From Utricularia gibba (taxonomy: Eukaryota; Plantae; Magnoliophyta): 64,000 nucleotides of DNA. The position numbers were made by a program, and so were the translations under genes. The notes under the pieces were generated by a model. It ran no database searches, was not told where the DNA came from, and was given only the letters and a program-made list of their open reading frames with translations. Location of the stretch: NCBI GenBank assembly GCA_002189035.1, contig NEEC01000017.1, positions 1,736,001 to 1,800,000 of the forward strand, read 5' to 3'. Below are positions 1 to 11,037 of the stretch, piece by piece. Every line of letters begins with the position of its first letter. Positions within the stretch are counted from its first letter, which is position 1.

Positions 1-714
1 ATCTGCGAACAGGGATTTATCAATTATTGGTGGTGAAGCAGCGGCAGAGTTTTACAACTTGGGGAGAAGATACCCTGAGCACAAGCTGGACACACCGCCA
101 AGGAGTGGGCGACGGACGGCGTGAGTGGACGCTTCTGATTGGTTGGAATATAGCAAATTATCGCCACGCGCTAGGCGGCGAGTCGGGAACACACGCAAGT
201 ACGATGAATCAGAACCGCGTGGTCCACTCTGCGGTAGATTTACAACAACAGTAGAAAATTCGTATTCATTACTCAAACATGAAATTACGGTCCTATCCTC
301 GAATCATAAGTAATATTACTGATTTATCCTCCAAAACCTAATGGTCGTTTAATTAACGAGCATTTAAATTAAATATATTTAAATTTACTCAAAAAATTAA
401 TTAATTTTTTTAATTTTTTTAAAATACGAAATGTGAATTTAGATTTGGATAAAAAAGCTGTAATTATTGCTAAGAATGTGAGGGGCTTCCCGTAATTTAC
501 TCCGTTTTTTACTCCTCCGACCTCTGCATAATAACGATCCAGACATGACACACAGTACGGAAATCATTTGAGCTTTTCGTCAAACACCTTGAGATCAATA
601 CCTCATTTTTCCGCCGCCGGTTGATTCTCAAAGTCATGTTTGATCGGTGATTTCTTCACCGCTCTGATTTTCGTGGAATTCGAGACCGCGTCTTCTCTCG
701 GTTACACCGGATCG

Positions 715-1184
715 ATGTCGACAATGGCGGCTTCCGAGCTTCGTCGAGTGTTCTCAATGTTCGACCGGAACGGGGACGGTAAAATCAGCCGCAAAGAGCT
801 TAGCGAGTCGCTAGAGAAGCTAGGGATCCACATCCCGGACAAGGAGCTCAAGGTAATGCTGGAAAATATCGATGTGAACGGCGATGGATACGTGGACGTC
901 GAGGAGTTCGGCGCGCTGTACACGGCGATAATGGAAGGGACGACAGGGGAGACGAAGAGGACGACATGCGCGAGGCGTTCAAGGTATTTGATCAAAATGG
1001 GGATGGATTCATAACCGGCGATGAACTTTGGACCGTGCTCGCGTCTCTCGGATTGAAGCAAGGGAGGACTCTTGAGGATTGCAAGCGGATGATCACGAAA
1101 GTCGACGTCGACGGCGACGGACGAGTCAACTTCGACGAGTTCCGGCAGATGATGAAGCAAGGCGGGTTCGCGGCATTGAGTTGA
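715..1184 (+). CDS. CML3: Calmodulin-like protein (CML3/CML5 type), four EF hands, intronless; one apparent 1-bp frameshift at 937-939
   Basis: ORFs 640-1014 and 966-1184 give EF loops [36 protein letters not shown] and [12 protein letters not shown] and the C-terminus [11 protein letters not shown]. Adding one G to GGG(937-939) joins them as [17 protein letters not shown]. The paralog number is tentative. Confidence 0.92.
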
Positions 1185-2250
1185 GTTAATCCGACGTCGT
1201 TTGCCGATAGATTTGTTTCCGATGGCATGGTATGTGTCTCATCATACGATGTACATGTGACATGAGAAAGATTTGGTTTGGCTTTCCAAAATGGTGTAAA
1301 AATGGTTTTGCTATCTACATCTCCATTTCCTTTTTTGGTTGAACATAAAGGGCGGGCTGGGGCTTAGTGGGCTATAGGCCCAATAATATAGGCCCATTAG
1401 GAATAAATGGGCTACATGGCTGGTCGATGCCCGTACTTCACTGATTTTGACAAGTCTCCGTGTTGTCAATGTGAACGGTCACTGGATTTGGCGCATGAAT
1501 TGATTCTCCGGTCAAGATGGCAAAAGTCCTCATTTTCCTCGTCAGCGAAACCTCTTTTGTTCCTTTGTTGACTTGGCCTTCCCTGCGAAAGACTCAGGGA
1601 GATCATCGCAGGGCAAAGCTTTGATCACCGAAACTTCTGGGAAGTCTCTCCAGAGGCGAAGAAACACCGGTCAAGTGTAAAACTTCCAGTATATGATTCA
1701 CATGAGGTAAGGTGTTTTGTTTCCCTGCGTACCTGTTTCGGGAATTTTCTATGTCCGAGGTATATTTTAATTATATGTGATTGTGCATTTGTTGTTTTGT
1801 TGGGTTTTGCGGCTTTGATCTTCATACTTGTGGTTACTCACTCATTGTGGTTATTGAAGATCGTTGTTTCTTTTTCTTGGTATTATTCTTTGGTGCTCAG
1901 GGACTCCAGTTTTTCTGTTGTAGTTGATGCGGCAATAAACTAGTGCTTTGTGTTAGAATTATTGAGGTTGTTGTCGTGCAGATTTTTGTTTGTGGGATTG
2001 CTTCCTATTAGGTTTGTTCCGATGCTGATACGCTGCATAGTAGAGTTTGCCTTAACTGCAAAAGTTTGCAGGGAAGGATGCTCGCACATCAGCTTGTGAT
2101 TTCTTCTAGAATCATACTTGTGCTTGTTCATTGAAACAACATGTTTTTTCGCTTTCAGGAACATAACCACGAGGCCGGTAAAATGCGGTGAATTTTAAGT
2201 TGGCACTTCTAACTAGGTTGTTGTGAGCCAAGAGGTTTGCTAGGAAGAGC

Positions 2251-4165
2251 ATGGCTGTAGCTTCAAGGGCGATGCCTGTTCTCACCTGTCTGTTTGTTTG
2301 GATTCTTTTCGCTGCATCCATCTGCCATGCCAGCCAAAGTGATATTGACTGCGTCCGATCCATCAAAAATTCTCTCACAGATCCACGGAATAGCCTGAGC
2401 AATTGGGAATTCCCTGAAAATGCTACTCAGGGTTTTATATGCGGGTTTCGTGGATTGAATGTTGGCATGATGGTGAGAACAGAGTCTTGAATATTCATCT
2501 ACAAGATATGGGCCTTCGAGGTGTCTTTCCTCTTGGGATTTCTGGCTGTTCATCCATGACAGGTCTTGATCTCTCGAGAAATTATATCAATGGAAGCATT
2601 CCAAGTAATATATCCATGTTAATTACTTATGTCACTGTTCTTGATCTCTCTTCCAATCAATTGACCGGAGATATCCCTGCGAATCTTGCAAATTGCAGTT
2701 TCCTTAATATTGTTAGACTAGATAATAACCAATTATCTGGGCAAATACCTTCGGCGATCGGTCAGCTTCCCCGTTTGACAAGATTCACTGTAGCAGGAAA
2801 CAGATTGAGTGGCCCTGTTCCTCAATTTAGAAATACTAGTGTAGACTATGCTGGTAATCAAGGCCTTTGTGGAAGTCCTCTACCTCCATGTGGAGCCTCT
2901 TCAAGTAGAACCCCTCTTGTTGGTGCCGTTATTGGAGTTGTTTGTGCTTTCACCTTCATTGCTTTAATTGCTCTAACTATACTATGGTATCAACGGAAAT
3001 TATCTAAGAAGAAGAAGAAGGATGATGCTCTGGGCAACCAATGGGCAAAGGACATCAAAGGCTCAAAACACATCAAGGCAAGATGGTTTTTCATTAATGT
3101 CCCTCATGTAAATTTAAGTTGTCATGGATGTAGTGATTACAGATTTATCTTGTGTTGCAGCTTAAAATGTTCGAGAAACCAATTTCAAAGATGAGCTTTA
3201 AAGATCTAATGAAAGCCACTAATGACTTCAGCAGTGAGAATATAATAGGTTCAGGAAGAACAGGGACTATGTATAAAGCAGAACTTGAAGACGGTACTGC
3301 TCTAATGGTAAAGAGATTGCAAGATACACAACATTCAGAAAAAGAATTTGTGTCAGAGATGAATACATTAGGAAATGTGAAAAATGGAAATTTGGTTCCT
3401 CTTCTTGGTTTCTGTTTGGCTCGGAAAGAGAAGCTCCTAGTTTACCCCTACTTTTCAAATGGTACCCTGTATGATAAGCTACATAACATCAGGGATCGAG
3501 ATAAAGCAATGGATTGGCCTTTACGGCTCAAAATTGGAACACGGGCAGCCAAGGGACTGGCATTTCTGCATCATGGTTGCAATCCACGTATCATTCACAG
3601 GAACATCAGTTCAAAATGTATTCTACTTGATGCAGATTATGAGCCCAAGATATCTGATTTTGGACTTGCCAGACTCATGAATCCCATGGACACTCATCTG
3701 AGTACCTTTGTAAATGGAGAATTTGGAGACTTAGGCTATGTTGCTCCCGAATATACAAGAACCCTTGTTGTTACTCCAAAAGGCGATGTGTACAGCTTTG
3801 GAATAGTTCTTCTCGAGTTAGTTACTGGAGAAGCACCTACTCATGTGTCTAAAGCTCCAGAAAACTTCAATGGACAGCTTTCTGAATGGATTTCACAGCT
3901 CTCTAGGCAGTCTAAGCTTCAAGATGCCGTCGACACATCGCTGTTGCGGAATGGCTACGATAATGAGGTATTGCAGTTTCTCAAAGTCGCATGTAACTGT
4001 GTTCTTCCTGGCCCCAAAGAGAGGCCTACAATGTTGGAAGTGTACCAACTCCTGAGAGCCATCGGACATCGATACGACTTCAGTACTCAAGATGAGTTGC
4101 TGGTGCTACCGGATTCCGCCGATACTGAACACCTTGTGGAACTTATTGTTGCTCGAGATGTCTAG
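2251..4165 (+). CDS. BIR1: BIR1-like leucine-rich-repeat receptor-like kinase; 2 coding exons (2251-3077, 3161-4165); apparent 1-bp frameshift at about 2454
   Basis: Signal peptide, LRRNT (ICGFRG[I][10 protein letters not shown] after repair), LRRs, a TM helix, a KKKKKDD juxtamembrane segment and the kinase motifs [14 protein letters not shown] and [36 protein letters not shown]. Confidence 0.9.
3078..3160 (+). other. Non-canonical GC-AG intron in the BIR1-like gene
   Basis: Exon 1 ends AAG|GCAAGA, the GC-donor consensus. The acceptor TTGCAG at 3160 resumes in phase (KHIK/LKMFEK). Confidence 0.75.
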
Positions 4166-4585
4166 ACAATCGAAATGAGGTGAGCTCCTCTGTTTTTTTA
4201 CTTGCATACCCCATACCTTGCAGCCACCAGCTGTGCTGTTATGCTATTTGGTAGTTTTTGCTTGTAATCCTATGCATGAACGCTCTTTGTATAGTTCTTG
4301 CCCTGTCTTTCTTTCAAGTGCATAGCACAAGAACCACGAGCCACAATTCAATGCAGCTCCCTCAAATCTATACTGAAACCAGAGGAGTCTTAACTCCACT
4401 TCCTGGCTATAGATTTACTTCCAGTGAGATTGGTCTGAGATGGATTGGATGACTAAGTTGGCTCCAGAATCAGAAAGGGGGAATAATTACAGACAGCCCT
4501 TGGTCAAAGCAAAGAAGGCATCTACACCTACCAGCTACACAGTTACAGAGAAAAGAGCCCGTTCCTTTTACAGAGAGGCAATGCA

Positions 4586-7003
4586 TCAGCACTCTGACAC
4601 GAACTCTTTACATGTTGATTTGTTGTGCCCCGTACCCTTGCATCTGCTACACTGCAGCTGTCTTCTTCCCACGTCATGAGAGCTAAACCTCTTCATCGTC
4701 GGCCGGCCTGGCGGCCGACGTGTTGGTGGAGGTGTGATGATCACGGCCAACTGGGATGCTCCCTTCTCCTCCCAGGCGCCACCATTGTAGCTCAAAATGG
4801 GGTGCACGGACTCCGAGTAAGTTATTCTGTAGCTCTCTGTGGTGAAGAACCTGGAACAGTAATCATAGATATCTCGTCCCAGACACCCTATGACGGCCAG
4901 GGCATGGAAGCAGGGGAGTCTAGTGAGCTTCCAACTCATGCAGGAACACTCACAGTTGTCCAAGTCGACTGTCTCCACTGTAGTACCCCGGACTTCGAAC
5001 CTGTTGCCACCTGAAACCAGCACCTGAAGTGTTCTGGCTTTCAGGCTCTCTTTCTCCAGCTTCTCCTCCATGGATGGTGTCAATCTTCCCATCCATTCAA
5101 TAGATTCTGCTCTCCGGGAATAGATGAGATCCATGATCTTGCTGCCGATGGCGTCGACCAGATGCGTTATCGGCAGTTCATGAGCTTCTGAAACCCAACT
5201 GTAGAAAAGTTCCCCAAAGTTGGATGTCATATGGTTATATCTTGCACCTTGGAAGTAAGCGTTTGCCCAGTGAACAGGCTCACTTCCCATGACCCAGTTG
5301 TATGCTTCTACTGAAATGTTCTTTATACTCTCCACACACCTTTGGAAGCCTTCAAGAGTAGGAGAATGAGCAGCGCTAGAGAGATCTTCCACCAGAAGCC
5401 GCTTCACTTCATGAGAAAATTGCCCCTTTAGATCACGCACAAGTTGCTCTGATAAGTATCTTAGGCAGAATCCATGATGAACTTCCTCATCCTGAAAGAT
5501 TTCTGCAATGGATTCCCGTAGTCCCTTCTCTCTATCTGCCACAAGAGTGTATCCATGGCATCTAGAGAGTGCAGTTTTAAGTTGCTGCAAAAACCAATGC
5601 CAGTTTTCATTAGATTCAACATCAACAATGGCAAAGGCAACTGGGAAAACCCCATCATCACCATCAACAGCAGTTGCTGCCAAAAGAGAGCCCTGGTATT
5701 TTGACTTCAGAAATATGCTGTCCAAGAAAAGCAAAGGACGGCAACCTTGCTCAAAGCCATACAGGGAAGCATGAAAGGCAACGAATAAGCGATGGAAACT
5801 GCAATCCTCTTTTGTGGAGAATGTGGCCAGACTTCCTGGATTTGTCTCCATTATCTTCTCGCATAAGAATGGTAGCTGACTATATGCCTCCTTGTAAGAA
5901 CCCTGAAGCTGCTCCTTGGCAATCTCTTTTCCCCTCCATGCCTGAAAGTAGTTCAGCTGGACTCCATATTCCTCTTTAATGTCATTAACGATATCCTTTG
6001 GCTTATAGTTTGGAAAAACTTTAAGCTTTTCCTTGATGATACTAGCGACCCAACTCCTTGTGGCTTGATAGCCAGTTGTTTCCACAGAGCCCTCACATGT
6101 ATGAGTTGAATTCATCTTCTTGATGCAAATGAGTGGAGTGGTAGACAACCTTGAAGCATGAATCCTCCAAGGACAACCTTCTGCCTTGCACTTCACAGTC
6201 ACACGATGACTATCATTCTTCTTGTATTTGAATGCAAATCGATGAGCAATAGCATATTTTCGCAACGCCTCCCGAAATTCATGCACACTATTAAACCTTT
6301 GGCCAACACCTGTTATATTGTTCTGCCACTGTTGAGCAACTTTAGCATGTTTTTCATCATCCGTCCCAGAAAAGGCAATAGGAACAGCCATTTTACTTTG
6401 CACCACCATTTCATTCTGCACGTCAATATGGGCATCTTCTAGGTTAGTATCATCAACCAAGCCGAAAGTTGCATCTAAGAGAATGTCTGGCTTGTTCATG
6501 TCATCAACAATATTTTCCATCATAGTCGTCGACGTATCAAGCGGGATCCAGCTTCTGATATAGTTGTCCTACTAGACCTGTAATACAGAATTTCTTAACA
6601 AGTCTTGCACATACTTATGAAAGAAACCATGTATAAGTTTGTACAGTAAATACCTGCTGCCCAACATGTGGGAAACATCAGGCGTCACAGTCGCTTCTTC
6701 TGTCATAACATATATTTCAACTGTGTACAAGTCGCTATGAAACTTGATCATGCGCTTAAGGTCTTTATCATTTGAAATGCAGATGAGTGTCTTCTTGTTT
6801 CCAGGGAGAAAATACTTGATAGCTATAGTACCAAAACTAATATTGAACATTTCTGCAACCTCTGATCTAAAATCCTTGTACTTCATTTTATCATCAATTT
6901 CCATAGCATGTGCATCACCACCTTTGTATGACAGAGTGCCATCGGCAGTGATTTCAAACTCGCCACCCAGCTGACAGATTGCTATAATTTTCTTCCCAGT
7001 CAT
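4586..7003 (-). CDS. MUSTANG-B-type domesticated Mutator transposase (PB1 + MuDR DNA-binding + MULE DDE + SWIM + CCHC); 2 coding exons; apparent 1-bp frameshift at about 6548
   Basis: PB1 N-terminus MTGKKIIAICQLGGEF...KYFLPGNKKTLI; intron about 6578-6653 (GT-AG); MuDR domain KKNDSHRVTVKCKAEGCPWRIHAS; MULE core; SWIM CECSCMSWKLTRLPCFHA; knuckle CSRCKGTGHNKSTC. No terminal inverted repeats seen. Confidence 0.9.
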
Positions 7004-7794
7004 GGCTAACAATCTATTCAGACATCAAAAGGGTTTGTCACCAGCTTCAGAACCCGAACAAGTTCAAGGGACAGGGAATTAAACTTCAATCAAAGAAAAG
7101 TAGCAGAATGACAACAAGCAGAAGTAAAAATATCCACCACCCTTGCCACTTTAGTACTGCAAATTATTGCATAAACAGAAAGCGAGAACAAGCCTAGGTT
7201 TCATGCATTGAAAGCAACCAACCTCTCAAATACACTACAAAGACAAAATATTTAAACCAAAAAAAGGAAAGAAAAGAAAACCGCAATTCATAGATCAAAG
7301 ATAACCCATCTGAAATCCAAAAGAGACAAAAAATTCAACAATAACCAAAGCAAACGTCTTCTAAAACCCACTCAAATTGCAACAATCATACTACAAGAAG
7401 CCAAACTTACACCCATCGGGAGGCGTAAAAACCAACCTTTAAGAACACGACGACAAATTCCAGCTGATGAAGGAATTGGAGAGGGCACTGAAGTAAATGC
7501 AGAGGATCCCCAGGGATCCAGAAAAAAGGCTTGACAGAAATGTCAACCGGATTTTTGCTGTTTCCCGATCGCGACTAATAGACGACAACGGCGGCGCTCA
7601 TCCTTTTCAAAACGAGGCATGTGACCCGACCCGATAACCCTCCTACCCAACCTTTTCTTCAGGGCTTCTGGCTAATTTATTGCAAGTTGTTTTTTTAATA
7701 AATTTTTTATATATTTGATTTAAAAAATCAAAAATCAAGCTTGTTCAATTGCAGCTTATACAAAAGCCAGAGTGACCCAGTTCTACTGCAGAAA

Positions 7795-8632
7795 TCACTT
7801 TCTAAAGTCATACGCTTCTATGTTCTGGGGTTCACATTCAGGGCTGAAGAGGCGAACAAGCAATGCAGTTGTGGTGCTTGTCGAGACAGCTCCACAAGCA
7901 GCCCATCTCAGGACACGGGGAATTGTGATTCTGCTACCTGGGTTCCAGCATCATTATGTAGTCAGCTATGAACAAGGAGGCTCAAGGCAACTTAAAAAGC
8001 ATCTCACAAGAAGATACAAGATGAATAAAACGTGTATCAGCCAGAAGATAATGAGGATCAATCTCAAAAACATCAAGGAATTTTTGGGGTGGTTGTGTGT
8101 CTCTTCTCTAGCAACAAATGCATCTTGAGTCCAGCAATCATAAACATCTAGTTTCTGTCATTCAGGAGCTTAAATCGATCACAGCAAAGACCAAAAAATG
8201 CGTTTTCTTGAGCCGGGAATCAAAATTACCAAGCGTAAATAACTTGAGAGAGTAAAACATAGTTCCAGGAGCAGAACTGGAAACCATATGCATTATCGAA
8301 CTCTTTAACCGAGCTACAAAAAACTATAGTGCAGAGGTAAAACAGAAATCTCTCGCAAATCAAAAGGGAACAGCTGATAGAAAGCAAACTCCTAACAAGT
8401 AGAGGGAAAGAAACTATTCCTAATTGCAAAAGAAAACGCAGAGCTCCTACTATTCATGGAAGTCAAGAGAAAGAAAAAACGCACCATAATGCAAGCGGGC
8501 AAGTACCCAAAAACTGAATGCTCCCCCAACAGTGAATATCCCTGCTGTTTGCCTCATCAGTCTTGTGCAGGGTTTACAATCAGACCTCATCAATTCACCA
8601 TCCGACATTCCGAGCATACGGCGCAAAGCCAT
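7795..8632 (-). CDS. Conserved 96-aa small plant protein of unknown function; 2 coding exons (8632-8485, 7937-7795)
   Basis: The GT-AG splice gives MALRRMLGMSDGELMRSDCKPCTRLMRQTAGIFTVGGAFSFWVLARLHYGSRITIPRVLRWAACGAVSTSTTTALLVRLFSPECEPQNIEAYDFRK*, with two hydrophobic segments. Exon phases match (148+143 nt). Confidence 0.85.
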
Positions 8633-9060
8633 TTGATCTCCTGCCGTTCACAACACATTCAAATTCATAAATTTTCAGGCACCCAAGGATTAAACTAATC
8701 ATTTGTAAAGAAGCCCACAATCATTTGAAAACACATCCCCAAAATAGAATTAGAAATAAAAATGATGAATAAAAGTAAAACAGGCGTTCTGTAACCAAGT
8801 GTTTTTACTTCTGCAAGACGTAGAAAGTTGAGAAGTTATGCAGAACCTAGGTTAAGTGCACAACTACCCAGAAGTCAATATACCTGATTTTCAATCAGAA
8901 AGCGGAAAGGAATCAAAAGATGAACAACCCCAAACCGTCGACCGAAGAAAACACCCGGAGATTAGTTGTACATTCGCGCGCCGGAGAATTCCGAGCTTCC
9001 AGCAAGCAGCAGACAACTAATCCTCAAACTGAAGCTACGAAGACAGGAATGAGGAATCAT

Positions 9061-9460
9061 TATGGGCCTGGGCCTTGACCTGGTTCTGGGCCACTTTTGA
9101 TGGCTTTATTTTGAATGACGTCACTTGACATCACTGTGATTTTGAAATGCAATTCACAACCCCTAATTCTAACGATTTAAGAATCATCTTCATTTTAATT
9201 TTTTTTAAAAAAATATTTATAACTATTTCAATAAATATTCACATATTTAAAATAATTTATATTATATTATATTATTGAGAGCCTATTTATTATTTTATTT
9301 AAAATAAAATGTAAAATTGGCTCTCTCATGGTCGCATTCGGCACGTCTTTCGATATTCATCGACATTCCTTTTCAAAAGAATAACGAAACTTTTTCTTTT
9401 TATTAAAATAACAAATTTCTCCCCTGAGTTGCAGTCGAATGTCAGTGGGCCCGGCCCAAT
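9061..9460. promoter_or_regulatory. Divergent promoter between the 96-aa gene and the NAB/CIP1-like gene, with site-II (TGGGCY) motifs and TGACGTCA
   Basis: TGGGCC twice at about 9063-9074, TGACGTCA at 9116-9123 and TGGGCCCGGCCCA at about 9446-9458, flanking an AT-rich core. Confidence 0.45.
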
Positions 9461-11037
9461 AAAGACAAGCGCGAACATTTAATTGTTTAATTAATTACTT
9501 TTTTTATAATGCACGCACAGTTCACTCACTGCCGTCTCTCTCTCCCTCTCAGAACTGCCTCAGTATTCCTTCGCAAGGCTCCCGTGTTCTCTGATGGAGA
9601 AGTAGCGCTGGTTCACCAGGTGATTATACGTAATTGGTTCCTTTTTCTTTGATTTTCGGATGAATTTTTGATGGTTTCTTGAAAGTCGACCGACTGGTGG
9701 AATTAGATGTATCGCATCCGTTCTTTCTATTCGTGATTAGATTTTTTGCGATTTTCACACTTTAATGGCATCGGTTAGCTGTTGTTTAGTGTAAAGTGAG
9801 GAGTCGAGTTTTTTGGAGACGATTCCGTTTTTTGTATGTGTGTTCATTGATTTCGGTGGTCTGCTGGTTCGTTTTATTGGATTGTTTGCTTCTTGCTGAG
9901 TCTGGGTGCCGGGCTGAGGTAATGTGATTTTGAGTATGGATTTGAAAATTACAGATCGGCTACAGTATTTTATGATTGCCGCGGCACATACACACACAAT
10001 TCGTATGTAGTTTGGCTGGCTTTGTCCTTTTTCGCATAAATATTCTACACAATATTATTATTTTGGAATGATTTATTTCAATTTATGGGCCCTACCACAT
10101 TTACAATAAACTAGGACAGCCATATTTTAGCCTCAGTCATCTTATTTCCATGATTTTAGCCTATTACATTCAACACTTCCGCCTGTTACTTTACATATTT
10201 AAATTACATTTTTATAATGAATTTAATCAAGTTCAATAGATATCATCATTTACATCCAGAAAATCGTATGCTTTTGCTTGTCCAATTTTTAATTGTATTT
10301 TAAAATGTTCGAAAAAAAATTATTTAAACGGTGCTGCATTCTCTATGTCCAAGATGGTGTGTTTCGTATAAAAAAAAGTAATATTTTTACATCACGTCTA
10401 GGTAAACTTATGCAAATCATATCGTTTTTATTCTAATGCTAATTAAAAACATTTTAAATGATATTAAGCGCACACGTTCAGTAACAAAAAGCATTTCTGT
10501 AGTGTTGAATTGCAGTACAGTTTTCCCGTTCTTGCTTTAGTTTAAGTAGTTTCAGCGATAAATTGTCGACTGAAAGCTGTGTACCCGTGTGGTACCCCAA
10601 GGAAGGTTAGGAGTTAATGCAATTAGGCAGTTTGATGTGAAACATTGATTACAATCCACTGATAAGGAGACTAGTTTACTGCTGCATGGTCTATTGAACC
10701 ATCTTTACCAAACCAAATGAATGCCTCTTAGAAGTTTTAAATTTGCATTAGTTATGTGTTTTGTTACCTCACTATTGTATTGCATTGCCTCTATCATGTT
10801 CAAGTTCAAGAATCATATACAGAAGATGAACTTGTAGTTTGATTCTTATGTCACACTTGTTTTTGTTTTATCTGAATGCTTTTGTCTGTGGTTTCACCAT
10901 ATGCGTTCATTCATTCCCTTCACTTGCAGTTTCTTGTTTCCAGTTTGTTGATCTTTTGCTCCCCTTCACGTATCCTCTGTTCGTTTGCCTAATTCTTCCT
11001 TGTGTGTTTACTCAGTTACGTTGCTGGGAGACGAAAG

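Noticed and set aside
4586-7003. Active MuDR transposon
   Set aside because: No TIRs or TSDs are visible; the PB1 fusion and host-like leader fit the domesticated MUSTANG-B family.
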